Shown: positions 46,240 to 56,691, numbered from the stretch's first letter. The stretch is DNA of 64,000 nt from Kiloniellaceae bacterium (GCA_021776055.1 JAJFGP010000142.1:1298-65297); one strand, 5' to 3'. Program-made: numbers and translations. The notes: generated by a model from the letters alone, not told the origin.

Positions 46240-47087
46240 CACAAAATCCCCTGCTTGCGGTCGAGGACCTGCGCGTTGATTTCGCCACACCCAAGGGACT
46301 GGTTGAAGCCGTGCGTGGGGTCAGCTTCTCCCTAGGCCGGGAAAAGCTGGGCATCGTGGGGGAATCGGGCTCGGGCAAGTCTGTTACCGGACGCGCGATC
46401 CTGCGTCTGGTGCGGCCGCCGGGGCGCGTGCGCGCCAAGAAACTGGAATTCGACGGCACGGACCTGCTGGGCATCGACGAGCGCGCCATGCGCCAAATCC
46501 GCGGCCGGCACATCTCCATGGTCATGCAGGACCCCAAGTTTTCGCTCAACCCGGTCATGACCGTTGGCCAACAAATAGCCGAGGCCTACCGTATCAACGG
46601 CAAGGGTGCCCGGCGCGAGACCAAGCGGCGGGCCCTGGAGATGCTGGAGGCCGTACGCATCCGCGACCCGGAACGGGTCTACCGCGCCTATCCGCACGAG
46701 GTTTCCGGCGGCATGGGACAGCGCATCATGATTGCCATGATGTTGATTCCCGATCCGGATCTGCTGATTGCCGACGAGCCGACCTCGGCCCTCGACGTAA
46801 CCGTGCAGCTTCAGGTTCTGGCGATCCTCGACGATTTGGTCACGCAACGCGGCATGGGCCTTATCTTTATCAGCCACGATCTCAATCTGGTCGCCTCGTT
46901 CTGCGACCGCGTGCTGATCATGTACGGCGGCCAGGTGTTGGAAGTCTGCGATGCCAAACGCCTGAACGAGGCGAAGCATCCCTATACCCGTGGCCTGCTC
47001 AACTGTCTGCCGCGGATTGAAGCGGGCAGCTCGGCGGATTTGCCGGTGCTGCGCCGCGACCCGGCGTGGCTGGACCAGGGGGTGTGA
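46236..47087 (+). CDS. Dpp-type ABC ATP-binding protein (DppD-like)
   Basis: [31 protein letters not shown]. Confidence 0.95.
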   Translation: MTQNPLLAVEDLRVDFATPKGLVEAVRGVSFSLGREKLGIVGESGSGKSVTGRAILRLVRPPGRVRAKKLEFDGTDLLGIDERAMRQIRGRHISMVMQDPKFSLNPVMTVGQQIAEAYRINGKGARRETKRRALEMLEAVRIRDPERVYRAYPHEVSGGMGQRIMIAMMLIPDPDLLIADEPTSALDVTVQLQVLAILDDLVTQRGMGLIFISHDLNLVASFCDRVLIMYGGQVLEVCDAKRLNEAKHPYTRGLLNCLPRIEAGSSADLPVLRRDPAWLDQGV

Positions 47088-47091
47088 GGCG

Positions 47092-47877
47092 ATGATCCGC
47101 GTCGAGGACCTCAACGTTTCCTTCGGCCATGGGGCGGCGGCGGTGCATGCGGTACGCGGCATCTCCTTCCACGTCGCCGCCGGCGAAAGCTTTGGTCTGG
47201 TGGGCGAATCCGGCTCCGGCAAATCGACGGTGCTCCGCGCCCTCAGCGGCCTCAATCCGGATTGGAGCGGGCAACTGGCGGTGGCCGGGCAGACCCTGGG
47301 CCGACGCCGCGACAAAGCCTTCTACAAGCAAGTGCAGATGGTCTTCCAAGACCCCTATGGCTCGCTGCACCCGCGCCATACCATCGATCGCATCCTGGCC
47401 GAGCCCATCGCCATCCACGGCATGGACGAAGCGGACCGGCGCATCAGCCGCGCCCTAGACGAGGTCGGTCTTGGGCCCCAATTCCGCTATCGCTACCCGC
47501 ATCAGCTTTCCGGTGGCCAGCGGCAGCGCGTCGCCGTGGCCCGGGCGCTGATTCTGGAGCCCAAGATTCTGCTTCTGGACGAACCCACCTCGGCCCTGGA
47601 TGTCTCGGTGCAGGCGGAGGTGCTGAATCTATTGCGCCGCCTCAAGGCCGAGCGGGATCTGACCTACATTCTGGTCAGCCACAATCTTGCGGTCGTAGCA
47701 CACATGTGCGGCCGCCTGGCGGTGATGAACCATGGCGCCGTTGTCGAGGAGATGAGCGTCGCGCAACTGCGCGCCCGCGAGCCGGCGCATCCCTATACCC
47801 AGCAACTCCTGACCGCCTCCCTGGGCTACGACCGCGCCGCCATCGATCGCTTCGAGGATTTTACCGCCACGGCGTGA
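47092..47877 (+). CDS. Dpp-type ABC ATP-binding protein (DppF-like)
   Basis: [31 protein letters not shown]. Confidence 0.95.
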   Translation: MIRVEDLNVSFGHGAAAVHAVRGISFHVAAGESFGLVGESGSGKSTVLRALSGLNPDWSGQLAVAGQTLGRRRDKAFYKQVQMVFQDPYGSLHPRHTIDRILAEPIAIHGMDEADRRISRALDEVGLGPQFRYRYPHQLSGGQRQRVAVARALILEPKILLLDEPTSALDVSVQAEVLNLLRRLKAERDLTYILVSHNLAVVAHMCGRLAVMNHGAVVEEMSVAQLRAREPAHPYTQQLLTASLGYDRAAIDRFEDFTATA

Positions 47878-47883
47878 AGGCCG

Positions 47884-48909
47884 TCACGTCGCGGCGGCAT
47901 ACGCGTCCACCTGCGCTATGAACGCATCCTTCTCCGCCCGGTCGAGAAACGAGGCCGCAAACGACGTGCGGGCGATGGCCGTCAGTTCCGCTTTGCTCAG
48001 AGACAGCGCCTCCTGCACGGCCAGGTAGTTTTCATTCACGTAACCGCCGAAATAGGCCGGATCGTCGGAATTGATTGTGACCCGCACACCGCGCTCCATC
48101 AGCGCCCGCAGGGGATTCTGACGCATATCGCCGATCACCTGCAGGCGCAAATTCGACAAGGGACACATGGTCAGCGCGATACCCTCGCGGGCCAGACGTT
48201 CGACCAGGGCATCGTCATCGAGGGCCCGGTTGCCGTGATCGACGCGCTCGACACCCAACTCGTCCAGCGCCTGCCGCACGTATGCCGCTGGGCCTTCCTC
48301 GCCGGCATGGGCAACGGCCCGCAAGCCGGCGGCGCGGGCCCGGGCAAAGACATCGCGGAATTTGACCGGCGGGTGGCCCACCTCGGCCGAATCGAGGCCG
48401 ACACCGATGATCCGATCCGTACGCCCCCCCGTGTACACTAAGGCCTGATCCAGGGTCGCTTCCGCCTCCGCGGCGCTCTTGTCGCGCAGGAAACACATGA
48501 TCAGCCGGCTGTTGATGCCCAGCTTCTGGCGCCCATCGTCGAGCGCCCGGCTGATGCCGTCAAGAACGGTCGCAAATGCCACCCCCCGAGCCGTATGCGC
48601 CTGCGGATCGAAGAAAATCTCTGCATGCAGGACATTTTGCGCCCGTGCCCGCTGCAGATAGGCCCAAGTCAGATCATAGAAGTCCTGCTCGGCGATCAGG
48701 ACGTTCATGCCCTGGTAGTAGAGATCGAGAAATTCCTGCAAGTTGCCGAACTCGTAGGCCGCCGCCAAATCCGCGACCGAGGCATAGGGCAGGGCGATGC
48801 CGTGCCGGCCGGCAATTTCAAACATCAGTGCCGGCTCGAAGGTGCCCTCAATATGCACGTGCAGCTCGGCCTTGGGCAGACCTTCGATAAAGGCGGCCAT
48901 ATCACCCAT
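47884..48909 (-). CDS. add: Adenosine/adenine deaminase
   Basis: PKAELHVHIEG, AHAGEEG, RVDHG, CPLSN, NSDDPAYFGG. Confidence 0.95.
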   Translation of the reverse strand: MGDMAAFIEGLPKAELHVHIEGTFEPALMFEIAGRHGIALPYASVADLAAAYEFGNLQEFLDLYYQGMNVLIAEQDFYDLTWAYLQRARAQNVLHAEIFFDPQAHTARGVAFATVLDGISRALDDGRQKLGINSRLIMCFLRDKSAAEAEATLDQALVYTGGRTDRIIGVGLDSAEVGHPPVKFRDVFARARAAGLRAVAHAGEEGPAAYVRQALDELGVERVDHGNRALDDDALVERLAREGIALTMCPLSNLRLQVIGDMRQNPLRALMERGVRVTINSDDPAYFGGYVNENYLAVQEALSLSKAELTAIARTSFAASFLDRAEKDAFIAQVDAYAAAT

Positions 48910-49026
48910 CGCTTACTCCTTGGTTTTCGCCGGGGCCGAGACTAACGCAAGTCGCCGGCCCTGGCGACCGGTGCCCCAATCCTACGGGGCTGGACGGCAG
49001 CGCGACACACCCCGATAATCACCCGC

Positions 49027-49731
49027 ATGAGCGGAACCCTGAACGCCTTGTTTATTGCCACGCTGGCCTTCGTCGGTGGCCACTTTGTGCTCTCCAGCGC
49101 CCCGGTGCGGCAGCGCCTGGTCCGCAAGCTGGGCGAGAGCGGCTTTATGCCGGTCTACACCCTGGTGATTACCGCCGCCCTCATTTGGATGATCGTAGCC
49201 TACCGCGCCGCACCGAGCGTGCCGGTCTGGGATCCGCCCGCCGCGATGGCCTGGATCCCGTTGGTGCTCATGCCCGTTTCCATCTTCCTGGTGGTCGCCG
49301 GACTGACCACCCGCGGCCCGACCCAGGTTGGCGCCGAACGGTCGTTGACCGCCGGCCTACCCGGTAGCCCGGCACCGGGCATAAACAGCATCACCCGGCA
49401 TCCATTCCTGTGGGGTACGGCGCTGTGGGCCGCCGCGCACCTGACCGTCACCGGCGATCTGGCCAACATCACCCTCATGAGTGGCATTGTGGTCTTGAGC
49501 ATCGGCGGCATGATGCATATCGACCGCCGGCGCGAAGAAGCCCTGGGCGGCGCCTGGGGGCCGGTCAAACTGACCACCAGCCTAACCCCCTTCGCCGCCA
49601 TTCTCACCGGACGCACGCACCTGGATTGGTCCGGCATAGGCTGGTGGCGGCCGCTCGCCGCCGTGGCCATCTACCTGCTGTTGCTGCAGCTGCACACCTG
49701 GGTCATAGGCACGAGCCCGTGGCCGGCCTGA
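49027..49731 (+). CDS. NnrU family membrane protein
   Basis: Multiple TM segments, ITRHPFLWG, WAAAHL, TSLTPF. Confidence 0.88.
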   Translation: MSGTLNALFIATLAFVGGHFVLSSAPVRQRLVRKLGESGFMPVYTLVITAALIWMIVAYRAAPSVPVWDPPAAMAWIPLVLMPVSIFLVVAGLTTRGPTQVGAERSLTAGLPGSPAPGINSITRHPFLWGTALWAAAHLTVTGDLANITLMSGIVVLSIGGMMHIDRRREEALGGAWGPVKLTTSLTPFAAILTGRTHLDWSGIGWWRPLAAVAIYLLLLQLHTWVIGTSPWPA

Positions 49732-49794
49732 GTCTTTGCTCCCAAGTGACACAATAAAATTGTTACAATACAATGGCTTATAGCATTGTTGTCG

Positions 49795-49861
49795 ACTAAG
49801 ATCAATCGTTTGATCTTATCTTGATGGTACGCTATAGTAAGATCAAACGATTGATCTTAGT
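49795..49861. repeat. Perfect 24-bp inverted repeat pair, each arm itself a dyad TAAGATCAA-N4-TTGATCTTA
   Basis: ACTAAGATCAATCGTTTGATCTTA (49795-49818), 19-bp spacer, TAAGATCAAACGATTGATCTTAGT (49838-49861). Confidence 0.95.
49810..49838 (+). promoter_or_regulatory. Sigma70-like promoter of the AAA+ gene
   Basis: TTGATC-N17-TATAGT; -35 lies inside the first dyad and -10 abuts the second. Confidence 0.65.
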
Positions 49862-49869
49862 GTGGTATC

Positions 49870-51318
49870 ATGCTGGAAGTCACTGAAGTAGAAATCAAAA
49901 AACGGCTCGCCTTTGATAACCCCTGGTGGAAGTCGGGCGCAACGGATTCGCGGATAGCTGAATGGCCAAGGCGGGCCTATTTCCCCGGCTTCATGCGGCT
50001 ACTGACAGAGGTTTCGGTCAATCGAGCCATCGTGCTCATGGGACCGCGGCGAGTCGGCAAGACGGTTATGCTGACCCAGGCGATTCAAAATCTAATCGAT
50101 GGGGGAACCAAGCCGGACCACATCTTCTATGTATCCGTTGACACGCCAACCTACACAGGGATTGCGTTGGAGCGGCTCCTCACATGGTTCATGGAGATAC
50201 ATGGGCACAAACGCGGCGATCGACTCTTCGTATTCTTCGACGAGATTCAGTACCACCCGGACTGGGAACGACACCTGAAATCGCTGGTTGATTCATTCCC
50301 GGCAATGCGTTTCGTCGCGTCCGGTTCCGCCGCCGCGGCCTTGAAGCTTCGGAGCACCGAATCGGGAGCCGGCAGGTTCACCGATTCCCTATTGCCGCCC
50401 CTCAATTTTGCCGAGTTTCTGCGGTTCAGAAATGTTGATGGCGAGCTGGTAGTGCTTGAGAATGGCAGGCCCTCGATTCTCAATCTCACGGGGTTAAACG
50501 AGGCCTTTGTTGACTACATCAACTTTGGCGGATTCCCCGAAGCCGTCCTCGACCCCAGGGTACGAGAGCAAATGGATCGGTACGTTGCCAACGATATCGT
50601 CGACAAGGTTCTCTTACGTGATATTCCCAGTCTGTACGGAATTCAAGATTCCCAAGAACTCAAGCGGTTCTTCACTGTGTTGGCCTACAACACCGGCTCC
50701 GAAGTAACGCTTGAAGCATTGTCCCAAGCATCCGGTGTCGCCAAGAATACTCTTCGCAAATATCTGGATTATCTAGAAGCAGCCTTCCTTATCCACCGGC
50801 TGCACCGTCTCGACCAGAACGCCCAACGTTTCAAGCGAGTGACGCACTTCAAAGTTTATCTGACCAATCCATCCATTCGTTCGGCTTTGTTCGGCCCCGT
50901 CGTTGCGGATGATCCTGCTATGGGACGGCTGACGGAGACAGCCGTATTCAGCCAGCTGGCCCAGTCCGCATTAGCGCAAGGTCTCTTCTACGCCCGCTGG
51001 AAGGACGGCGAAGTCGACATTGTCTCACGTGGCACTTGGGGAAAGCGACCGGTTACCGCCGTGGAGATCAAATGGAGCGACCGCGCGGTTACCCGGCCAA
51101 GGGAGGAGCTAACTGGGCTTCTCAGTTTTTGCGCGAGGCTAGGCCTCACAAACGCCTGGGTCTATACGCGAACCACCCAAACGCAACTCAATGTCGACGG
51201 TGTTGCCTTAGCCTTCAACCCAGTTAGCATGTTCTGCTATATGGCCGCCGTGAGAGGTATCGAGGAACCGTTGCGCGATCTCCTCGATCCTCGAACGATG
51301 CAACCCCTGGGATCGTAG
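49870..51318 (+). CDS. AAA+ ATPase (AAA_14-like) with winged HTH and DUF4143-like PD-(D/E)xK domain
   Basis: GPRRVGKT, FFDEIQ, SGS, ESGAGRF, GGFPE, ALSQASGVAKNTLRKYLDYL, KVYLTNPSI, EVDIV...VEIKW; visibly more AT-rich codons than the neighbours. Confidence 0.88.
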   Translation: MLEVTEVEIKKRLAFDNPWWKSGATDSRIAEWPRRAYFPGFMRLLTEVSVNRAIVLMGPRRVGKTVMLTQAIQNLIDGGTKPDHIFYVSVDTPTYTGIALERLLTWFMEIHGHKRGDRLFVFFDEIQYHPDWERHLKSLVDSFPAMRFVASGSAAAALKLRSTESGAGRFTDSLLPPLNFAEFLRFRNVDGELVVLENGRPSILNLTGLNEAFVDYINFGGFPEAVLDPRVREQMDRYVANDIVDKVLLRDIPSLYGIQDSQELKRFFTVLAYNTGSEVTLEALSQASGVAKNTLRKYLDYLEAAFLIHRLHRLDQNAQRFKRVTHFKVYLTNPSIRSALFGPVVADDPAMGRLTETAVFSQLAQSALAQGLFYARWKDGEVDIVSRGTWGKRPVTAVEIKWSDRAVTRPREELTGLLSFCARLGLTNAWVYTRTTQTQLNVDGVALAFNPVSMFCYMAAVRGIEEPLRDLLDPRTMQPLGS

Positions 51319-51337
51319 CAGTGTGTCTTGGGCCGGC

Positions 51338-52546
51338 CTAACGCCCGTCGCGGCGGCCGAGTAGGCTCAGACGCAGGGCGTTCAGCTTGATGAAGCCTTG
51401 CGCATCGCGCTGGTCGTAGACCGAATCTTCCTCGAAGGTCACGTGCGCCTGGCTAAAGAGCGAGTCCGGCGACTTGCGTCCCTCGACGATCACGTTGCCC
51501 TTATAGAGCTTTAGCCGCACGGTGCCGCTCACCCGTTCCTGACTGTGGTCGATAAGCGCCTGCAGCATCTCGCGCTCGGGGCTGAACCAGAAGCCGTTGT
51601 AGATAAGCTCCGCATAGCGCGGCATTAGCTCATCTTTCAGGTGCGCCGCCCCCCGGTCGAGGGTCAGCGATTCTATGGCCCGATGCGCCACATGCAGGAT
51701 CGTGCCACCGGGTGTTTCATAGATGCCGCGGTTCTTCATGCCGACGAAGCGGTTCTCCACCAGATCCAACCGCCCGATACCGTTGGCCCCGCCCAACCCG
51801 TTGAGGCGGGTGAGTAGGGCAGCCGGGCTCAAGCGTGCGCCATCGACGGCGACCGCATCGCCTTTCTCGAATTCGACCTCGATGATGGTCGGCGTGTCGG
51901 GCGCGGCCTCGGGGGCTACCGTGCGGGTATAGACATACTCCTCGGCCGCCACCCACGGGTCTTCCAGCACCTTGCCCTCGGCGGAGATGTGCAACAGGTT
52001 CGCATCCACCGAAAAAGGCGCCTCGCCGCGCTTGTCCTTGGCGATGGGGATCTGGTGCTTCTCGGCGAATTCCAGCAGACGGGTACGACTGGTCAACTCC
52101 CACTCCCGCCACGGGGCGATCACCTTGATATCCGGCTTGAGCGCATAGTAGCTCAGCTCAAAGCGTACCTGGTCGTTGCCTTTGCCCGTTGCGCCGTGAC
52201 AAACCGCATCGGCCCCGGTTTCGGCGGCGATTTCGATTTGCCGCTTGGCGATCAGCGGCCGGGCAATCGAGGTACCGAGCAGATAGACCCCTTCATAGAG
52301 CGCATTGGCCCGGAACATGGGGAAGACGTAGTCGCGAACGAAATCCTCGCGCAAATCCTCAATGTAGATCTGTTTGACGCCGGCCATCTCGGCCTTGCGC
52401 CGGGCCGGCTCCAGCTCTTCGCCCTGCCCCAGATCGGCGGTGAAGGTAACCACCTCGCAGGCATAGGTTTCTTTCAGCCATTTGAGAATGACCGAGGTAT
52501 CCAGGCCGCCGGAATAGGCGAGCACAACTTTCTTGATCTCGCTCAT
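51338..52546 (-). CDS. argG: Argininosuccinate synthase
   Basis: [41 protein letters not shown]. Confidence 0.99.
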   Translation of the reverse strand: MSEIKKVVLAYSGGLDTSVILKWLKETYACEVVTFTADLGQGEELEPARRKAEMAGVKQIYIEDLREDFVRDYVFPMFRANALYEGVYLLGTSIARPLIAKRQIEIAAETGADAVCHGATGKGNDQVRFELSYYALKPDIKVIAPWREWELTSRTRLLEFAEKHQIPIAKDKRGEAPFSVDANLLHISAEGKVLEDPWVAAEEYVYTRTVAPEAAPDTPTIIEVEFEKGDAVAVDGARLSPAALLTRLNGLGGANGIGRLDLVENRFVGMKNRGIYETPGGTILHVAHRAIESLTLDRGAAHLKDELMPRYAELIYNGFWFSPEREMLQALIDHSQERVSGTVRLKLYKGNVIVEGRKSPDSLFSQAHVTFEEDSVYDQRDAQGFIKLNALRLSLLGRRDGR

Positions 52547-52673
52547 GCACTGCTCGCGCCGCTAGGGGAGTAGGGTTCAAAAATCCGGGCGGAGTATCGG
52601 GGAATCTCCGCCAGCCGGCAAGACACTAGAGCTGCCGCCACATTCCGACAAAAACGTCCCAAAGTGCACCGAG

Positions 52674-52689
52674 TGTGACGGCCATCACA
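52674..52689. promoter_or_regulatory. Perfect CRP-type box TGTGA-N6-TCACA
   Basis: TGTGA-CGGCCA-TCACA; a -10-like GCTATAT at 52709-52715 puts the box centre near -41.5. Confidence 0.7.
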
Positions 52690-52744
52690 TCGGCACAGCG
52701 CCCACATCGCTATATCAACGGTAATGGATTGGCGCGCCCAGACA

Positions 52745-52773
52745 TTCTTGTGACGGGATGTTCTTGTAACGGG
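52745..52773 (+). repeat. Direct repeat TTCTTGT(G/A)ACGGG x2, 16-bp period
   Basis: Copies at 52745-52757 and 52761-52773. Confidence 0.8.
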
Positions 52774-52824
52774 GAAGGGTGGTCTGATCCGGCAGTTCAA
52801 TCGAATGATCAGATGGAGTTTCTT

Positions 52825-53115
52825 ATGAAAATGTCTATTCGCGAGTCCCTCATCTCGGCCGCCGCCGCGCTTGCCGTGGCCGTTCTAGCCGGCCCTGCCC
52901 TTGCCGAGGGCGGCAATGCCGGCAGTGCCCGCTACGAAGCCTACATCGCCGCGGAAGCCAAGGCCAACGCGGCCTCGCACACAAACGGCCGGGCTACCAA
53001 GCAAGTGACCCGCGTCGGTGCCGCCGATTCCTCCGTAGCTTACTCGGCGAGCGGCGCAAAACGGTTCCACTTCGACGTCGCCGCCAGGCAAGAACAGCAC
53101 TATCGCGGCAACTAA
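52825..53115 (+). CDS. Small exported hypothetical protein (96 aa precursor)
   Basis: GGAG RBS; signal peptide MKMSIRESLISAAAALAVAVLAGPALA; own promoter and terminator. Confidence 0.75.
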   Translation: MKMSIRESLISAAAALAVAVLAGPALAEGGNAGSARYEAYIAAEAKANAASHTNGRATKQVTRVGAADSSVAYSASGAKRFHFDVAARQEQHYRGN

Positions 53116-53144
53116 GCGCCGTATCCGTCTCTACCCGAGCCCAA

Positions 53145-54332
53145 CTACAGCCCCTCTTCCGCCGTATCGGCGGGGAGGGGTTTTTCTTTTTCCAATGCCG
53201 CGAGAGTATCAACCGAGCGCGCCGTGCGGGGAAGGCGCTGGCTAGCACTTTTCAACTGGCCACACGCGGCCATGATATCCTGCCCGCGCGGCTGGCGTAT
53301 GGGGGAGGCCAGATGCGCCTCCATCAGAATAGCGGCGAAGGTATCCATCGCCGCCGGCGTGGAACAGGCATACGCCGTCCCCGGCCAGGGGTTGAACGGG
53401 ATCAAATTGACCTTGGCCGGAATATCGCGCAACAGGCGCACCAGGGCATGGGCATCCGCCGGGCTGTCATTAACACCGTCGAGCATCACGTATTCGAAGG
53501 TGATACGCCGGGCGTTATGCACCCCCGGATAGGCCCGACAGGCGGTCAACAAGTCGGCCAACGGGTATTTGCGGTTAATCGGCACCAGCTCATTGCGCAG
53601 ATTGTCGGTGACCGCGTGCAGCGAAACCGCCAAATTAACCCCTAGCTCCTCACCACAGCGGGCCATCATGGGTACCACACCGGAGGTCGAGAGGGTGATC
53701 TTGCGCTTCGAAATGCTCAGGCCTTCCGGGTCCATGACGATCTTGAGGGCCTTGACCACATTGTCGAGATTGTAGAGCGGCTCGCCCATGCCCATCATCA
53801 CCAGATTGGTCAGTTGCCGGCCTTCCGCCGGGCTGGGCCATTCCTCCAGGGCATCGCGGGCGAGCATGACCTGGCCGACGATCTCCGCCGCCGACAGGTT
53901 GCGCACCAAACGCTGGGTCCCTGTATGGCAGAACCGGCAGGTCAGCGTGCAGCCAACCTGGCTGGAGACGCACAGGGTGCCGCGATCCTCCTCCGGAATG
54001 TGCACGGATTCGACCTCCTGCCCGTCGGGCAAGCGCAGCAGCCATTTACGGGTGCCGTCTTGAGATTGTTGCGCCGTCGCTACCTGCGGCCGCCAGAGCA
54101 CGTGGGTATCCGCTAGGCGGGCCCGGAAATCCTTCGATAACGTGGTCATAGCGGCAAAATCAGTGGCGCCCCGGTGATAGATCCAGTGCCACAACTGGCG
54201 GGCACGGAAGGCGGGCTCGCCAAGACCGGCAATCTCGGCCTCCATCTCCGTCCGCGATAGGCCGACCAGATTCCGCCGCCCACCGGTATCGGCGGGCGGG
54301 GCGAACGATCGGGCGTGCGCGGACTGGCTCAT
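53145..54332 (-). CDS. rlmN: 23S rRNA/tRNA m2A methyltransferase (radical SAM)
   Basis: [38 protein letters not shown]. Confidence 0.98.
   Translation of the reverse strand: MSQSAHARSFAPPADTGGRRNLVGLSRTEMEAEIAGLGEPAFRARQLWHWIYHRGATDFAAMTTLSKDFRARLADTHVLWRPQVATAQQSQDGTRKWLLRLPDGQEVESVHIPEEDRGTLCVSSQVGCTLTCRFCHTGTQRLVRNLSAAEIVGQVMLARDALEEWPSPAEGRQLTNLVMMGMGEPLYNLDNVVKALKIVMDPEGLSISKRKITLSTSGVVPMMARCGEELGVNLAVSLHAVTDNLRNELVPINRKYPLADLLTACRAYPGVHNARRITFEYVMLDGVNDSPADAHALVRLLRDIPAKVNLIPFNPWPGTAYACSTPAAMDTFAAILMEAHLASPIRQPRGQDIMAACGQLKSASQRLPRTARSVDTLAALEKEKPLPADTAEEGL
53151..53191 (+). terminator. Rho-independent terminator of the small exported gene, inside the rlmN 3' end
   Basis: CCCCTCTTCCGCCG-TA-TCGGCGGGGAGGGG followed by TTTTTCTTTTT. 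Confidence 0.85.
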
Positions 54333-54400
54333 GGCTGCAGGTGATAAGCGCCCGGCGGCCCCGAGGCAAGCACCCGCGCCCATATGGGGCAGGTAAGGGC

Positions 54401-54955
54401 CTACTTAATCCCGCACGCCTTGCCGATGGCCGCGTAAGCCTTGGAAAACCCTTTTAGGGAGTAGGTATCGGTGGTCTGGGTCCCGCGCGAGGAGGTTCCC
54501 TTGGCGACCAAGGAGCTACCCTTGATCATAGCCTTGACCAAGGCCTCGTCGGCCTTTTTATCCTTGGCCCAGGCGCCGTCCCCTTGCGTGAACAGCTCGA
54601 AGGCCTGACCGCCGATGGCGACTTTGACCGCGCTGCCTTCCTTGTAGGAATAGCCGGCGAGAACGCTTACCTCGTCGCGCAGCTTCTCGCCCGGCCGGTG
54701 GGTGACGATGGCATAGACGTCGCCGCGCTTCTTGTAATCGCCCTCCGCCTTCTTCGGCTGGCTGGCCATGTAGCACGCCTTGTTGCCGTTCTCGACGAAT
54801 TGAAACGCGCTCCAGTCGCCGAAATCGCCCAGACGTTCGATGCCCTGAGCCAATGCCGGGGCCGGCACCGCGGCCGCAAGGACCAGAACCAAAATGAGTT
54901 GAAAGACGGTTGGACGAGAGTGTTTCAAGTTTCTGCCTCGTGTTTGGGCGGTCAT
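54401..54955 (-). CDS. Invasion associated locus B (IalB) family protein
   Basis: Signal peptide; [24 protein letters not shown]; start uncertain. Confidence 0.85.
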   Translation of the reverse strand: MTAQTRGRNLKHSRPTVFQLILVLVLAAAVPAPALAQGIERLGDFGDWSAFQFVENGNKACYMASQPKKAEGDYKKRGDVYAIVTHRPGEKLRDEVSVLAGYSYKEGSAVKVAIGGQAFELFTQGDGAWAKDKKADEALVKAMIKGSSLVAKGTSSRGTQTTDTYSLKGFSKAYAAIGKACGIK

Positions 54956-55019
54956 TATAAGCACGACATATCGATCCGCCAGCCCTTTGCCGACATTGAG
55001 AGCGCGCCGCGTAACGGCA

Positions 55020-55565
55020 TCACCCCACCTCAGGGGGGCGAACCCCGCGAACCCGTTGAGCGCCGCGCACGTGTTGTGCCAGCGTCTCGCCTTCGGCGCG
55101 GGGATTCAACGGCCGCCGGGCAAACCCACCGCGGCTGAGCAGCCGGTCGTACATGACGATTGCCCCCGCGATCCCGACGTTGACGCAAAACTTTGTCGGA
55201 ATCTTGACCATGTGTGCGCAGCGGCTGCGCGTCTCCTCGGATAGGCTGCCGCGTTCCGGCCCGAAGACATAGGCAGCAGCACTGGGATGATGAAAGCTGG
55301 GCAAAACGACCGCATCGTCGGTCAGCTCGACGCCCACCAGCGCGCAACCGCGCGGCAGGGTTAGCTCGTCGATACTCTCGTAAAGATAGAGCGGCAGGTG
55401 TTTGCCCGAATCCGCCGTATCCGAATGGCGTGTTTCGCGGATCGCCGTGTCCGGCGCTACGGCAAAGAAGAAGCTGGCCCCGAAAGCGTGCGCCGAGCGC
55501 ATCAGACTGCCCATATTCATGGGCTTGCTGATCCGCTCCGCACCGATGGCAAAATAACCACGCAT
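55020..55565 (-). CDS. SpoU/TrmH family RNA methyltransferase
   Basis: MRGYFAIGAE, PMNMGSL, YVFGPERG, CVNVGIAGAIVMYDR. Confidence 0.93.
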   Translation of the reverse strand: MRGYFAIGAERISKPMNMGSLMRSAHAFGASFFFAVAPDTAIRETRHSDTADSGKHLPLYLYESIDELTLPRGCALVGVELTDDAVVLPSFHHPSAAAYVFGPERGSLSEETRSRCAHMVKIPTKFCVNVGIAGAIVMYDRLLSRGGFARRPLNPRAEGETLAQHVRGAQRVRGVRPPEVG

Positions 55566-55640
55566 GGCGCGACCTTGCACACCGCGTCGCGTCAAGGCAA
55601 GTTGATCCGCGCCCCAACTTCCAGCACCCCGCAGCCACCT

Positions 55641-56684
55641 ATGCCTCACGACCAGCCAACGATGACACATGAGACGGCCCCGGTAGCCGGCGGCAACCCG
55701 CAGCTCATCGAGGTCACCCGTGGGGCCATGGTGGAAAGCCGGCATCGGGCTGCCTTCGCCGTATCGGATACCGATGGTCGCATCGTGCTGAGCGCCGGCG
55801 ATTTCGAGCAGCCGGTCTATGCCCGCTCGGCGATCAAACCGTTACAAGCCCTGCCGCTAATCGAAAGTGGCGCCGCCGAGGCTTTTGCGCTTAGCAACGC
55901 CGAGATCGCCCTTGCTTGCGCCAGCCATGGCGGCGAGCCCCGGCATGTGGAAACGGTTCTCGCCTGGCTGGCGCGCATCGGCTGCACATCGGCGGATCTG
56001 GAGTGCGGCGCTCATCTGCCGAAGAACGATATGGCCACGCAAGCCCTGTTGCGCAGCCAAGCGGACGCAACACCGGCGCACAACAACTGTTCCGGCAAGC
56101 ACACCGGCTTTCTCACCCTGGCCCGCTACATGGGTGTACCGACAAAAGGATACATCGCCTACCAGCACGCGGTTCAGCAGCGGGTGCTTGGCACCTTGGA
56201 GACCATGACCGGTCTCGATCTGGGGACGGTACCGCGCGGTATCGACGGCTGCGGTATCCCGGTGATCGGCGTGCCGCTGGGCAATCTGGCCTTGGCCTTT
56301 GCCCGCCTCACCGATCCGCGCGACCAGCCCGAAGCCCGCCAAATCGCCTGCGAGCGCGTCTGTGCCGCCATGGCCGCCGAGCCCTTCATGATCGCCGGCA
56401 GCGGCCGCTATTGCACCCGGGTGATGACGGCCACCGGCGGCGATGCGCTGATCAAGACCGGGGCCGAGGGGGTCTACTGCGGTGCCCTGCCAAAACTGGG
56501 CCTGGGCATCGCCCTGAAGGTGGACGATGGCGCCGGGCGTGCCGCCGAGGTCCTGATGGGTCGGCTCTTACACCACTTCGGCGTCCTCGACAAAACCCAC
56601 GCCGATCTTTTGACCGAGCCGCTCCATAACTGCGCCGGAACGCGGGTGGGCGAGGTTCGTACCATCACCGATTTTCCTGTTTAG
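55641..56684 (+). CDS. Class 3 (Rhizobium etli-type) L-asparaginase
   Basis: RSAIKP, ASHGGE, NNCSGKH, DGCG, KTGAEG, KVDDG; start 55641 or 55662. Confidence 0.9.
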   Translation: MPHDQPTMTHETAPVAGGNPQLIEVTRGAMVESRHRAAFAVSDTDGRIVLSAGDFEQPVYARSAIKPLQALPLIESGAAEAFALSNAEIALACASHGGEPRHVETVLAWLARIGCTSADLECGAHLPKNDMATQALLRSQADATPAHNNCSGKHTGFLTLARYMGVPTKGYIAYQHAVQQRVLGTLETMTGLDLGTVPRGIDGCGIPVIGVPLGNLALAFARLTDPRDQPEARQIACERVCAAMAAEPFMIAGSGRYCTRVMTATGGDALIKTGAEGVYCGALPKLGLGIALKVDDGAGRAAEVLMGRLLHHFGVLDKTHADLLTEPLHNCAGTRVGEVRTITDFPV

Positions 56685-56691
56685 GGCTGTT

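Noticed and set aside
49027-49731. nnrU as a marker of a denitrification island
   Set aside because: No nir, nor or nnrR genes and no convincing NnrR/FNR box nearby
49795-49861. Twin dyads as an FNR box, CRISPR repeat or recombination sites
   Set aside because: The half-sites are in the reverse order to FNR (ATCAA-N4-TTGAT); there are only two inverted copies and no cas genes; 19 bp is too short for an invertible segment and no recombinase is present
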